From the NCBI GenBank assembly GCA_030656215.1, contig JAUSOD010000091.1, forward strand, positions 104,356 to 168,355: DNA of 64,000 nucleotides. The letters are read 5' to 3'. This DNA is from Azoarcus sp. GTDB lineage: Bacteria; Pseudomonadota; Gammaproteobacteria; Burkholderiales; Rhodocyclaceae. Shown here piece after piece: positions 30,838 through 41,209 of the stretch (positions are counted from its first letter, which is position 1; each line of letters begins with the position of its first letter). The position numbers and the translations under genes were made by a program. The notes beneath the pieces are model-generated. The model did no database searches. It was not told the DNA's origin and worked only from the letters and a program-made list of their open reading frames with translations.

Positions 30838-31272
30838 GTGAGCAAACCCGTGTTCGCTTCCGCTGCCGATGCCGAGACGGCTTTCTACGATGCGCTTGCC
30901 CGTTCCGACCTGGCCGCGATGATGGCGGTGTGGTCGGAAGATGACGAGGTCGTCTGCATTCATCCTGGCGGTCCGCGCGTCGTCGGGCTCGATGCAGTGC
31001 GCGAACTCTGGCGCCAGATACTCGCCAGCGGTGTGCGGCTCAATGTGCGGACCACGGGCAAGGTGGTGGTCAGCAGCACCCTGGTGCAGACCGTGCACAG
31101 CGTGCTCGAAGAAATCGCGGAAGCCGGCAGCGAGCCCACCGGACCGCCAATCGTCGCCACCAACGTCTATACCCTGGGCACCCACGGGTGGCGTATGGTG
31201 ATGCATCACGCTTCGCCCACTCCGGACCTGATGGACCTTCATCTCCACGGCAATCCCCGCGTGGTGCACTGA
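30838..31272 (+). CDS. SnoaL/NTF2-like protein
   Basis: AETAFYDAL, VVCIHPGG, ATNVY...WRMVMHHASP. Confidence 0.85.
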   Translation: MSKPVFASAADAETAFYDALARSDLAAMMAVWSEDDEVVCIHPGGPRVVGLDAVRELWRQILASGVRLNVRTTGKVVVSSTLVQTVHSVLEEIAEAGSEPTGPPIVATNVYTLGTHGWRMVMHHASPTPDLMDLHLHGNPRVVH

Positions 31273-31275
31273 CCC

Positions 31276-32274
31276 ATGCCAGGAGCCGGCTACCAAGCGC
31301 CGTGGTGGTTGCCCGGTGGCCATTTTCAGACCATTCAGCCCCTCGCCCGCAAGGGCACCACGCCCGACTACCGGCGTGAGCGCTGGGACACGCCCGATGG
31401 CGATTTCATCGATCTCGACTGGCTTCGCGACGGCACCTGCGACGCACCGCTTGTGGTGCTGTTTCACGGACTCGAGGGCTCGAGCCGCTCGCACTACGCC
31501 CGCGCCCTGATGCGTGCCATTGCGCTGCGCGGCTGGCGTGGCGTGGTTCCGCACTTTCGCGGCTGCAGCGGCGAACCCAACCGCCTCGCCCGTGCCTACC
31601 ATTCGGGTGACAGCGAGGAAATCGACTGGATCCTGCGCCGGCTGAAACAGCAGGCCGGACAAGCGCCCCTGTTGGTGGCAGGCGTTTCACTGGGCGGAAA
31701 CGCACTGCTCAAGTGGCTGGGCGAGCGTGGTTCGGCGGCGAGCAGCGTCGTGGATGCCGCCGCAGCCGTTTGCCCGCCCCTGGATCTGAGCATCTCCGGC
31801 CATGCACTCGGGCGCGGCTTCAACCGGGTCTATACCCAACACTTTCTCAACACGCTCAAGACCAAGGCACTGCACAAGCTGGTCCGCCACCCCGACCTGT
31901 TCGATGCAAAACGCATTCGACAGGCGCGCAATCTGTTCGAATTCGACGATGTCTATACCGGGCCGGTGCACGGCTTTGCCGGTGCCGCCGACTACTGGAG
32001 GCGGGCCTCCTCCCGACCATGGCTGCCCCAGATCCATACCCCCACCCTGCTGCTGTGCGCAGCCAACGACCCCTTTGTTCCGCCCGAGGCCCTGCCTGCG
32101 CCAACCGAACTGAGTGCGGCCCTCCGCTTCGAATGCCCCACGCAGGGCGGCCACGTGGGCTTTACCGCTGCCCCCTGGCCCGGCAATCTCGACTGGCTGC
32201 CGCAACGCCTGCTGCAACATTTCGATTCAGTACTCGGCCCCAACACGCGCGCCGCGGCACATTCCGACGACTGA
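31276..32274 (+). CDS. YheT-like alpha/beta hydrolase
   Basis: FHGLEGSS, FRGCSG, GVSLGGN nucleophile elbow, DDPF-like NDPF, GGHVGF. Confidence 0.9.
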   Translation: MPGAGYQAPWWLPGGHFQTIQPLARKGTTPDYRRERWDTPDGDFIDLDWLRDGTCDAPLVVLFHGLEGSSRSHYARALMRAIALRGWRGVVPHFRGCSGEPNRLARAYHSGDSEEIDWILRRLKQQAGQAPLLVAGVSLGGNALLKWLGERGSAASSVVDAAAAVCPPLDLSISGHALGRGFNRVYTQHFLNTLKTKALHKLVRHPDLFDAKRIRQARNLFEFDDVYTGPVHGFAGAADYWRRASSRPWLPQIHTPTLLLCAANDPFVPPEALPAPTELSAALRFECPTQGGHVGFTAAPWPGNLDWLPQRLLQHFDSVLGPNTRAAAHSDD

Positions 32275-32336
32275 AACCACCAAGGCCTCTGGCATACTAT
32301 GCTGCACTGCACACATCACTCGATCAGGAAACCCAC

Positions 32337-33728
32337 ATGACCCAGACCGCGCACGCCCTGCCCGCCCCCGAGATCTTCAAGGCCTACGATATCCGTGGCA
32401 TCGTCGACAAAACACTGACCGCGGATGCCGTGCGCGCAATCGGGCATGCCCTCGGCTCCGAAGCCGTGGCCCGCGGCCAGAAGACGATCGCCATCGGTCG
32501 CGACGGCCGCCTGTCCGGCCCCGAACTTGCCGGCGCACTGGCCGACGGAGTCCGCGCTGCCGGCGTCGATGTGGTCGATATCGGCTGCGTGCCCACCCCG
32601 CTGACCTACTTCGCCGCTTACCAGCTGGGCACGAACTCCTGCGTGTCGGTCACTGGCAGTCACAACCCGCCGGATTACAACGGTCTGAAAATGGTGCTGG
32701 GCGGCGAGACGCTTTACGGCGACCAGATCCTTGCGCTGCGTCAGCGCATTGCCGATAACAACCTGGCCCACGGCGCCGGCAAACTGAGCCATGCCGATGT
32801 GATCGAGGCCTACCTCGACCGCATCGTCGACGACGTGAAGCTCGCCCGCCCGATGAAGATCGTCATTGACTGCGGCAACGGCGTGGCCGGCGTGGTCGCC
32901 CCCGAACTGTTCAAGCGCCTGGGCTGCGAGCTGGTCGAGCTGTTCTGCGACGTCGACGGCAACTTCCCCAACCATCACCCCGACCCGTCCAAGCCGGAGA
33001 ACCTGGCCGACGTGATCCGTGCGCTGAAGGAAACCGATGCGGAACTCGGCCTTGCCTTCGACGGCGACGGCGACCGCCTCGGTGTGGTCACCAAGGACGG
33101 CGAGATCATCTATCCCGACCGCCAGCTGATGCTGTTTGCCGAGGACGTGCTGTCGCGCGTGCCGGGCGGCGAGATCATCTACGACGTCAAGTGCACCCGC
33201 AATCTCGCCGGCTGGATCGCGGAGCGCGGCGGCAAAGCAACGATGTGGAACACCGGCCATGCACTGGTCAAGGCCAAGCTCAGGGAGACTGGCGCGCCGC
33301 TCGCGGGCGAGATGAGCGGTCACATGTTCTTTAAGGAGCGCTGGTTTGGATTCGACGACGGCCTGTATGCCGGTGTCCGCCTGCTCGAGATCCTGTCACG
33401 CCACCCGGACGGCAACGCGGTGCTCAAGGGCCTGCCCGACGCGGTGAGTACTCCCGAGCTGAACATCAAGATGAACGAAGGCGAGCCCTTCGAACTGGTG
33501 AAGCGCCTGAAGGAAGGCGCGGCCTTCGCCGGTGCGCAGGAGATCATCACCCTGGACGGCGTACGGGTGGAATACGCCGACGGCTTCGGCCTGGCCCGTC
33601 CGTCCAATACCACGCCGGTCGTGGTGCTGCGCTTCGAAGCCGACAGCGAAGCTGCGATTGCGCGCATCCAGGCCGATTTCCGCAAGGCGATCGAGGCGGT
33701 GTGGCCGGGGATCACGCTGCCGTTCTGA
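32337..33728 (+). CDS. Phosphomannomutase/phosphoglucomutase (AlgC-like)
   Basis: FKAYDIRG, TGSHNP, DGDGDR, GEMSGH, RPSNTTP; start moved to the ATG at 32337. Confidence 0.95.
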   Translation: MTQTAHALPAPEIFKAYDIRGIVDKTLTADAVRAIGHALGSEAVARGQKTIAIGRDGRLSGPELAGALADGVRAAGVDVVDIGCVPTPLTYFAAYQLGTNSCVSVTGSHNPPDYNGLKMVLGGETLYGDQILALRQRIADNNLAHGAGKLSHADVIEAYLDRIVDDVKLARPMKIVIDCGNGVAGVVAPELFKRLGCELVELFCDVDGNFPNHHPDPSKPENLADVIRALKETDAELGLAFDGDGDRLGVVTKDGEIIYPDRQLMLFAEDVLSRVPGGEIIYDVKCTRNLAGWIAERGGKATMWNTGHALVKAKLRETGAPLAGEMSGHMFFKERWFGFDDGLYAGVRLLEILSRHPDGNAVLKGLPDAVSTPELNIKMNEGEPFELVKRLKEGAAFAGAQEIITLDGVRVEYADGFGLARPSNTTPVVVLRFEADSEAAIARIQADFRKAIEAVWPGITLPF

Positions 33729-33783
33729 GACTTGTTGTTTCGTCGTTTCAGGACGGATTCAACGGCTGCCAAACAACCAAGGA

Positions 33784-33959
33784 TTCGGGGGGTTCCTGCG
33801 CGGGGCTGTCGAGAGCGCCGGCGCGGGAGGTGCTGCGGCGGAAACAAGGCGGCGCATGTTTGAGCCCGCAGGGCGAGTTTGCGCCGACGCCGCCGCAGTG
33901 CCTCCCGCGACGGGAAGCCGCAGGCCGCGAACGTCTGCCCCGCGCAGGAAGCCCCCGAA
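33784..33959. repeat. Long nested-palindrome intergenic element, copy 1
   Basis: 23-bp outer stem (33784-33806/33937-33959), 18-bp inner stem with G-T pairs, core GCATGTTTGAGCCCGCAGGGCGAGTTTGC; loops shared with the 60022-60211 element. Confidence 0.85.
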
Positions 33960-34071
33960 GCCGACCACGGAGTGCCGCCTTTCCCGACCGGCGCTCAACC
34001 GCCCCAATAACGCAAAAACCGGCTCCGCAAGGCAACCCCCGCAAAGCCGGCATGCAACTCCAACCCAGCCC

Positions 34072-36693
34072 TTATAGCTTGCCGTCCACCCAGCCCGCCA
34101 CCGCGGCCAGCGCTGCCGGCAGCCTGTCCGGCTCGGTGCCGCCGGCCTGGGCCATGTCTGGGCGCCCGCCGCCCTTGCCGCCCACCTGCTGGGCGACGAA
34201 GTTCACGAGTTCGCCGGCCTTCACCTTCGACGTCTGGTCCGCCGTCACTCCGGCGATCAGCGACACCTTGCCATCGACCACCGACGCCAGCACGATCGCC
34301 GCCGACTTTAACTTGTCCTTGAGCTTGTCCATGGTCTCGCGCAGGGTCGGCACATCGGCGCCCTCGAGCATCGCCGCCAGCACCTTGATACCTTTGACCT
34401 CGACCGCCTGCGCCATCAGATCGTCGCCCTGGCTCGCCGCCAGCTTCGATTTCAGCCGTGCCAGCTCCTTCTCCAGCGCACGCACGTTGTCGAGGATACC
34501 GGCCACACGCTCAGCCACTTCCTCTGGCTGCACCTTGAGCAGCGCCGACATGCCCTGCACCCGGCGCTCCTGCTCCTGCGTGTAACGCAGCGCGTTTTCG
34601 CCGGTCACCGCCTCGACCCGGCGCACGCCGGCGGCCACACCACCTTCAACCAGAATCTTGAACAAGCCGATGTCGCCGGTGCGCGCGACGTGGGTGCCGC
34701 CGCACAACTCCTTCGACGAGCCGATCGACAGCACCCGCACCTCGTCGCCATACTTCTCGCCAAACAGCATCAGCGCACCCGACTTCTGCGCATCGTCGAG
34801 CGCCATCACCTCTGCTGCGGTCGCGGCATTGGCGAGGATCTCCCGGTTCACGATCTCCTCCACCTCGCGCACCTCCTCGGCGCTCATCGGTGCGCCGTGG
34901 GCGAAGTCGAAACGGGTCTTGTCCGGATCGACCAGCGAACCCTTCTGCTGCACATGCGCGCCGAGCACCTCGCGCAAGGCCTTGTGCATCAGGTGGGTCA
35001 CCGAGTGGTTGCGAGCCGTCGCCGCACGCGCCGCGGTATCCACCTTCGCCGTCACCCCCTGACCGACTGCCAGCTTGCCGGTCTTGACCACGCCGTGATG
35101 ACCGAACACCACGGCCTGGATCTTGAGCGTGTCCTCCACTGCAAAGATGCCGGCTGCACCCTTCAATTCGCCGCGATCGCCCACCTGACCACCGGACTCG
35201 GCATAGAACGGGGTGTGGTCGAGCACCACCACACCAAGCTCGCCTTCAACCAACTCGTTGACCGCGACGCCATCCTTGTATAACGCCAGGACGTTGCCCC
35301 TGGCCTCGAGCTGCTCATAGCCGTGGAAGGTGGTCGCCGGCCCCTCGTAATCGAGGTTGGTGGCCATCTTGAACTTGCCCGCAGCACGCGCCTGCTCCTT
35401 CTGCCGCGCCATTGCCGCGTCGAAGGCGGCTGCATCCACGGTCACCTCGCGTTCGCGACAGATGTCCGCGGTGAGGTCGAGCGGGAAGCCGTAGGTGTCG
35501 TGCAGCTTGAACGCGGTATCGCCGTTGAACACCTTGCTGCCGGCCTTGCCCATCGCATCTAGTTCACCCTCGACGATCGCCATGCCGTTTTCCAGCGTGG
35601 TGAAGAAGCGCTCCTCTTCCTGACGCAGCACGTCCATCACCCGGCGCTCGCCCGCCTTCAGCTCCGGATAGGCGGCGCCCATCTCGGCGACCAGATCGGG
35701 CACCATGCGGTGGAAGAAGGCCGCGCGTGCTCCCAGCTTGTAACCGTGGCGAATGGCGCGGCGGATGATGCGGCGGAGCACGTAGCCACGGCCTTCATTG
35801 CCCGGAATCACACCATCGGCGACCAGGAAGGAACAAGCGCGGATGTGGTCGGCCAGCACCTTGAGCGAGGGTGAATCCATGTCGGCCGCGCTGGTCTCGC
35901 GCGCCGCCGCAGCGATCAGGGCCTGGAACAGATCGATCTCGTAGTTCGCATGCACGCCCTGCAGCACGGCGGACACGCGCTCCAGCCCCATACCAGTGTC
36001 CACCGATGGCTTGGGCAGCGGATGCATCACGCCAGCCTCGTCGCGGTTGAACTGCATGAACACGTTGTTCCAGATCTCGATGTAGCGGTCGCCGTCTTCC
36101 TCGGGCGAGCCCGGAGGGCCACCCCAGATGTGCTCGCCGTGGTCGTAGAAGATCTCGGTGCACGGACCGCAGGGGCCGGTGTCGCCCATCATCCAGAAGT
36201 TGTCCGAAGCATAGCGCGCGCCCTTGTTGTCACCGATACGGATCACCCGCTCGGCCGGCACGCCCATTTCCCGGGTCCAGATGTCGTAGGCCTCGTCGTC
36301 CTCGGCATACACCGTGACCCACAGCTTGTCCTTGGGCAGCTTGAACACCTCGGTGAGCAGCTCCCAGGCGTAGCCGATCGCATCGCGCTTGAAGTAGTCG
36401 CCAAAGCTGAAGTTGCCCAGCATCTCGAAAAAGGTGTGGTGACGCGCGGTGTAGCCGACATTCTCGAGGTCGTTGTGTTTGCCGCCGGCACGCACGCACT
36501 TCTGCGAAGTCGTTGCGCGGCTGTAGGGACGCTTGTCGAAGCCGAGGAAAACGTCCTTGAACTGGTTCATGCCTGCATTGGTAAACAGCAGAGTCGGATC
36601 CTCGTGCGGCACCAGCGAGGACGAGGGGACGATCTGGTGAGCTTTCGACTCAAAGAACTTGAGAAATTTTTCGCGGATTTCAGCGGATTTCAT
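34072..36693 (-). CDS. alaS: Alanyl-tRNA synthetase
   Basis: [59 protein letters not shown]. Confidence 0.98.
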   Translation of the reverse strand: MKSAEIREKFLKFFESKAHQIVPSSSLVPHEDPTLLFTNAGMNQFKDVFLGFDKRPYSRATTSQKCVRAGGKHNDLENVGYTARHHTFFEMLGNFSFGDYFKRDAIGYAWELLTEVFKLPKDKLWVTVYAEDDEAYDIWTREMGVPAERVIRIGDNKGARYASDNFWMMGDTGPCGPCTEIFYDHGEHIWGGPPGSPEEDGDRYIEIWNNVFMQFNRDEAGVMHPLPKPSVDTGMGLERVSAVLQGVHANYEIDLFQALIAAAARETSAADMDSPSLKVLADHIRACSFLVADGVIPGNEGRGYVLRRIIRRAIRHGYKLGARAAFFHRMVPDLVAEMGAAYPELKAGERRVMDVLRQEEERFFTTLENGMAIVEGELDAMGKAGSKVFNGDTAFKLHDTYGFPLDLTADICREREVTVDAAAFDAAMARQKEQARAAGKFKMATNLDYEGPATTFHGYEQLEARGNVLALYKDGVAVNELVEGELGVVVLDHTPFYAESGGQVGDRGELKGAAGIFAVEDTLKIQAVVFGHHGVVKTGKLAVGQGVTAKVDTAARAATARNHSVTHLMHKALREVLGAHVQQKGSLVDPDKTRFDFAHGAPMSAEEVREVEEIVNREILANAATAAEVMALDDAQKSGALMLFGEKYGDEVRVLSIGSSKELCGGTHVARTGDIGLFKILVEGGVAAGVRRVEAVTGENALRYTQEQERRVQGMSALLKVQPEEVAERVAGILDNVRALEKELARLKSKLAASQGDDLMAQAVEVKGIKVLAAMLEGADVPTLRETMDKLKDKLKSAAIVLASVVDGKVSLIAGVTADQTSKVKAGELVNFVAQQVGGKGGGRPDMAQAGGTEPDRLPAALAAVAGWVDGKL

Positions 36694-36729
36694 GGGTGTT
36701 CCAGACAATGGATATTCAGGTTCGAGAAT

Positions 36730-37143
36730 TCAGTGCGAGTTGTCGCGCAACATGTTGTTCAGCCACCCGCCATCGGGCAGACGATAGATGTCAAAGTCGC
36801 TGTCGATCGACGCCACCTCCCGACAGCCGCTCTGCACCGCGAGCAGCACGACCGAGGCATCGGCCAGGTCCATCGGCCGGTCGCGGTATTTGTCGATCAG
36901 CACCATGGCCGCACCAAGCGAAGTGCCGTCAAGCTCGGCAACGGACAGTCCCCCCCGATCGATCCAGCTAAGCAGCCGCAGCTGCGCATCCACGCTGAAC
37001 CTGAGCAAGTGCATTGCTTCAGTGAGCACCGGCCACGTTGTGGTCAGACTGGCTTCGCAGTCACGCAGGAAATCGACGCACCGTGCATGGTAGCGGTCAA
37101 GCGGGTTGAACAGTGCGATCAGCGGACCCGCATCAACGATCAT
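36730..37143 (-). CDS. PIN-domain toxin (VapC-like)
   Basis: MIVDAGPLIA, VLTEA, MDLADA, SIDSDF acidic PIN residues. Confidence 0.9.
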   Translation of the reverse strand: MIVDAGPLIALFNPLDRYHARCVDFLRDCEASLTTTWPVLTEAMHLLRFSVDAQLRLLSWIDRGGLSVAELDGTSLGAAMVLIDKYRDRPMDLADASVVLLAVQSGCREVASIDSDFDIYRLPDGGWLNNMLRDNSH

Positions 37144-37384
37144 GCTTTGCGCTCAGCGACTCGGTCAGGTAGTCCTTGCGCCGCTCGGCGAGGTCGACCG
37201 GCCCGCCGGCAACCCCGCCAAAAAGGTCCTTGCCCAGCTCGTAGGGGGTCTTGCGCGGCGCCACGCGGGCAAGATACTCACGCAGGCTTGCCTTCACCAG
37301 TTCGGTCTTGCTGCGCCCGGTCCGCGCAGCGGCACGAGCCAGTTCGGCCTCAAGATCGGCATCGAGTCGGATCGAAAGGGTCAT
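37133..37384 (-). CDS. Ribbon-helix-helix antitoxin (CopG/VapB-like)
   Basis: MTLSIRLDADLEAEL...GRSKTELVKASLREYL; 83 aa; overlaps the toxin start. Confidence 0.88.
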   Translation of the reverse strand: MTLSIRLDADLEAELARAAARTGRSKTELVKASLREYLARVAPRKTPYELGKDLFGGVAGGPVDLAERRKDYLTESLSAKHDR

Positions 37385-37397
37385 GGGACCAACTCCG

Positions 37398-37415
37398 TGT
37401 AATACAAAACGTATC
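37398..37415. promoter_or_regulatory. Probable TA operator palindromes
   Basis: TGTA-A-TACA and overlapping ATAC-AAAAC-GTAT, 14 bp upstream of the antitoxin ATG. Confidence 0.5.
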
Positions 37416-37503
37416 GCATCGTATGCCGGTGCATGAAACAAGTCAATTTGAGCACACTGCCCCCTATAATTGACGTTCACGTAAACCAACAATAGAGACC
37501 AGC

Positions 37504-38055
37504 ATGGGACACCGCCTCTCCAAGATCTACACGCGCACCGGCGACGCCGGCACCACCGGCCTGGGCGACGGCAAGCGCGTCTCCAAGAACAGCCTGCGTA
37601 TCCATGCGCTGGGCGAGGTGGACGAAGCGAACGCCATTCTTGGCCTGCTGCTGTGCGAGGAACTGCCGGAAGACGTGCGCGGACTGCTGACCAATGTGCA
37701 GCACGACCTGTTCGACCTCGGTGGTGAGGTCTGCATCCCCGGTATGAGCATGATCACCGACAAGCAGGTGACCTATCTCGAGACCGAACTCGACCGCATG
37801 AACGAACCGCTCGAACCGCTGAAGGATTTTATCCTGCCCGGCGGCACCCGTGCTGCCGCGCTCGCTCACCACGCCCGCACCGTGTGCCGCCGCGCGGAAC
37901 GCGCCCTGGTGGCGCTGGCACTGGAAGAGTCGGTGAACGACGCCCCGCGCCAGTATCTCAACCGTCTGTCGGACCTGCTGTTCGTGCTCGGCCGCGTACT
38001 CAACCGTGCCGGCGGCCGCGACGACGTGTTGTGGCAGAAGCGCAAGAACGCCTGA
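37504..38055 (+). CDS. ATP:cob(I)alamin adenosyltransferase, PduO type
   Basis: KIYTRTGDAGTTGL, GEVDEAN, FILPGG, RTVCRRAER, YLNRLSDLLF. Confidence 0.95.
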   Translation: MGHRLSKIYTRTGDAGTTGLGDGKRVSKNSLRIHALGEVDEANAILGLLLCEELPEDVRGLLTNVQHDLFDLGGEVCIPGMSMITDKQVTYLETELDRMNEPLEPLKDFILPGGTRAAALAHHARTVCRRAERALVALALEESVNDAPRQYLNRLSDLLFVLGRVLNRAGGRDDVLWQKRKNA

Positions 38056-38187
38056 CTGTCGGTAAGTCCGGTCGATGCTCGGGTGGCACATCGACCGGTC
38101 CGCGCTGACGCCTGGAACCTGAACGGCGCCGGAACCATCGCGCCACCGCCCGGTCGGTAAGGCACACCCGCTTCGTTCGAAGTCCCC

Positions 38188-40308
38188 ATGCGCCACCTGT
38201 TGCTCACGCTGATCCTGGCGGTTCCGATCCTGTTCAACGCTGCTGCGTACGCCACCACCGTGGTCACCACGCCGCAGGTGCGTGCCGAACTTCTCGCCCA
38301 TGCGCCGGATGGCGTGGCAGTCGGCAAACCGCTGTGGGTCGGTCTGCAGTTGCAGCACCAGCCACATTGGCACACCTACTGGAAAAACCCGGGCGACTCC
38401 GGCCTGCCGACCACGTTCGAATGGAGCCTGCCGCCCGGCGTCGTCGCCGGCGATATCGACTGGCCCGCAGCACGCGCCCTGCCCTTCGGCCCGCTGGTCA
38501 ATTACGGCTATGAGGGCACTGTGCTGCTGCCGGTGGCACTCACGCTACCAGCGGATTTCGACGCATCCACCGTGGACCTGCGCCTGCGCGCCGACTGGCT
38601 GGTGTGCAAGGAAAGCTGCATCCCCGAAAGCGGCGAATTCACGCTTTCCCTGCCGCTTGGCCCTGCAATCGGCACCCACCGCGCGGCCTTCGATTCGAGC
38701 CTTGACGCACGACCGCGCAGCCTCGCCGGCGTCGAGTCCGAGGCCCGGGTCGTCGGCGGCACCCTGCTGACCACGGTACGTGGCCTCCCCGAAGGACTGG
38801 TCGGCCGCGATGCACAGTTCCTTCCCGAGACCGAGGGCCTGATCAACCACGCGGCACCGATCGTCCAGCGCTGGCATGAGGACGCCTGGGAAGCGCGCAT
38901 TGCACTGTCGGCGCAGCGCAGCTCGAGTCCGGCGCTGTTGTCCGCGGTGATGCTGTTCGACGATCGCGCGCTGCGGGTGCAGGCGCGGGTCGAGGGCTGG
39001 GACACCCCGGGCACGGTGGCAGCGCCATCGGCAGGCGCGGCGGTGGCTGCGCTGCCAGACACCGCAGCCACCGGTTCGGCAGCACACGCCGTTACTGGTA
39101 TTGGCGCTGCCCTGCTGCTTGCCCTGTTCGGCGGCGCACTGCTCAACCTCATGCCCTGTGTCTTTCCTATCCTGTCGCTGAAGGTGCTCGGCTTCGCTCG
39201 CCACGCGGGCGAACGCCGTCAGCTGGCGATCGGTGGCCTGGCCTACGGCGCCGGGGTGGTACTTTCCTTTCTCGCGCTCGCCGGCGCACTGCTCGGCCTG
39301 CGTGCGGCGGGCGCGCAACTTGGCTGGGGCTTCCAGCTGCAGGAGCCGGGCTTCATTGCCGCACTCGCACTGCTGTTCACACTGATCGGACTCAACCTTG
39401 CCGGCGTGTTCGAGCTACGCACCGTGTTCCCCGGTTCCGCTGCCGGCTGGCAGCTGCGCCATCCGGCAGCGGACGCCTTCCTCACCGGCATCCTCGCGGT
39501 CGCGATCGCCTCGCCGTGCACCGCCCCGTTCATGGGCGCCGCGCTCGGCTTCGCCCTCACCCTGCCGACCACCCAGACCCTGCTCGTGTTCGCGACCCTC
39601 GGCACCGGGCTCGCGCTCCCCTATCTGATCGCCAGCCTGGTCCCGTCCGTAGCACGCAGCCTGCCCCGGCCCGGCCCGTGGATGGCCCGCCTGCGCACGC
39701 TGATGGCATTCCCGATGTTTGCCACCGTGGTCTGGCTGCTGTGGGTGTTCGGCATCCAGCGTGGACTCGACGGGGTGATCGGTCTGCTCGCAGTGCTCGT
39801 CGCGGTCGCTTTCGCCACCTGGGCATGGGCCCAGCCCGGACGCAGCCGCCGCTGGCTCGGGCTACCGGCACTGGCTGTGGTGGTGGCAGCCGCGGCGTGG
39901 TCGCTGCCCGCCCTGCGAACGGGCGCGGACCCCGTCAGCGCCACCGGCGGGGTGTGGGCACCGTGGACCGCGCAGGCGGTAAGCGCATCGACGGAAGCGG
40001 GCCGCCCGGTGTTCGTTGACTTCACTGCGGCGTGGTGTGTCACCTGCCAGCTCAACAAGCTCACCACCCTCGCCGACCCCGCAGTGCTAGCCGATTTCGA
40101 CCGCGCCGACGTGACCCTGCTGCGCGCCGACTGGACCTCGCGCGACCCCGCGATCAGCGCCGAGCTCAACCGACTCGGCCGTGGCGGGGTGCCGGTCTAT
40201 GCCCTCTACCCTGCGGCCGATGCACCGCCGCAGCTCCTCTCCGAGCTGCTGACCGCCGGAGAAATCCGCTCCGCCCTCGCCACCCTCAAGCACAAGGAGT
40301 CGCCATGA
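38188..40308 (+). CDS. DsbD-family thiol:disulfide interchange protein (N-terminal Ig-like, TM and thioredoxin domains)
   Basis: HTYWKNPGDSG, LNLMPCVFP, ASPCTAPFMG, WCVTC. Confidence 0.93.
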   Translation: MRHLLLTLILAVPILFNAAAYATTVVTTPQVRAELLAHAPDGVAVGKPLWVGLQLQHQPHWHTYWKNPGDSGLPTTFEWSLPPGVVAGDIDWPAARALPFGPLVNYGYEGTVLLPVALTLPADFDASTVDLRLRADWLVCKESCIPESGEFTLSLPLGPAIGTHRAAFDSSLDARPRSLAGVESEARVVGGTLLTTVRGLPEGLVGRDAQFLPETEGLINHAAPIVQRWHEDAWEARIALSAQRSSSPALLSAVMLFDDRALRVQARVEGWDTPGTVAAPSAGAAVAALPDTAATGSAAHAVTGIGAALLLALFGGALLNLMPCVFPILSLKVLGFARHAGERRQLAIGGLAYGAGVVLSFLALAGALLGLRAAGAQLGWGFQLQEPGFIAALALLFTLIGLNLAGVFELRTVFPGSAAGWQLRHPAADAFLTGILAVAIASPCTAPFMGAALGFALTLPTTQTLLVFATLGTGLALPYLIASLVPSVARSLPRPGPWMARLRTLMAFPMFATVVWLLWVFGIQRGLDGVIGLLAVLVAVAFATWAWAQPGRSRRWLGLPALAVVVAAAAWSLPALRTGADPVSATGGVWAPWTAQAVSASTEAGRPVFVDFTAAWCVTCQLNKLTTLADPAVLADFDRADVTLLRADWTSRDPAISAELNRLGRGGVPVYALYPAADAPPQLLSELLTAGEIRSALATLKHKESP

Positions 40309-40916
40309 CCATCCATCCAATTGCCACCCTGGCACTGTGCACCAGCTTGATCCTCCCCATGCCGGCGCTGGCCGTAGCGCGCGTCGGCGAGCCGGCACCG
40401 GCGTTCAGCGCCACCGACACTACCGGAAAAACCCACGCCCTCGCCGACTACAAGGGCAAGTATGTCGTGCTGGAATGGGTCAACCCGAGCTGCCCGTTCG
40501 TGGTCAAGCACTACTCCTCGGGCAACATGCAATCGACGCAGCAGCAGGCCACCGGCGCCGGCGCCGTGTGGCTGGCAGTCAACTCGACGGCACAAAGCCA
40601 CCATGAGTACCTCGAACCGGCTGCGCTCGGAAACTGGATGAACAAGCAGAAAGCGTCCCCCAGCGCCACCCTGATGGACGCTGCCGGCAGCATCGGCAAG
40701 GCCTATGGTGCGCGGACCACGCCCCACATGTACATCATCGACCCCCAGGGTACGCTGATCTACGCCGGTGCCATCGACAGCAAACCCTCCGCACGCATCG
40801 ATGACCTCGCCCAGGCAAGCAATTACGTCAAGCTCGGGCTTAGCGAAGCCATGGCCGGCAAGCCGCTCACCACCGCGAGCACACGGGCCTATGGCTGCTC
40901 AGTGAAATACGAATGA
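40305..40916 (+). CDS. Periplasmic redoxin (AhpC/TSA-like) protein
   Basis: Signal peptide, LEWVNPSCPFV, YGARTTPHMY, YAGAIDS, GCSVKY; start overlaps the dsbD stop. Confidence 0.88.
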   Translation: MTIHPIATLALCTSLILPMPALAVARVGEPAPAFSATDTTGKTHALADYKGKYVVLEWVNPSCPFVVKHYSSGNMQSTQQQATGAGAVWLAVNSTAQSHHEYLEPAALGNWMNKQKASPSATLMDAAGSIGKAYGARTTPHMYIIDPQGTLIYAGAIDSKPSARIDDLAQASNYVKLGLSEAMAGKPLTTASTRAYGCSVKYE

Positions 40917-41155
40917 TGGCGCACGCAGCGGAGCGTCATGGCGCAGATCCCGGGCTCGCCTTCCGTCACCACGATGCGGATGGGATCGCGCACGCCCCTT
41001 CCGTAGACGACTGAAGCAAACCCCACAGCCAGCGACTGATTGCCGGCAACACGACACCCGGCCGCCCATTTGTACACCAGGCACGGCTGGCGTACACCCG
41101 GCGTACCCGCCAGCACGACCCGCTTGCGGCTGCCAGGCAGGTGGGAACGACGGGC

Positions 41156-41171
41156 TGGAATGAAGCTTGCT
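41156..41171 (+). promoter_or_regulatory. Sigma54 (-24/-12) promoter upstream of the amine-oxidase gene
   Basis: TGGAATGAAGCTTGCT = GG-N10-GC with TTGCT; ATG about 40 bp downstream. Confidence 0.6.
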
Positions 41172-41209
41172 GATCAGGTTCTGTCCTGTGCGATCCCGAG
41201 GAGGGTGTC

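Noticed and set aside
32290-32305. TGGCATACTATGCTGC upstream of pmm/pgm as a sigma54 promoter
   Set aside because: GG-to-GC spacing is 8 or 11, not the required 10.
38075-38106. Hairpin CCGGTCGATG...CATCGACCGG after the adenosyltransferase
   Set aside because: Simple 10-bp stem, probably a weak terminator; no cobalamin riboswitch motifs seen and it lies downstream of the gene.
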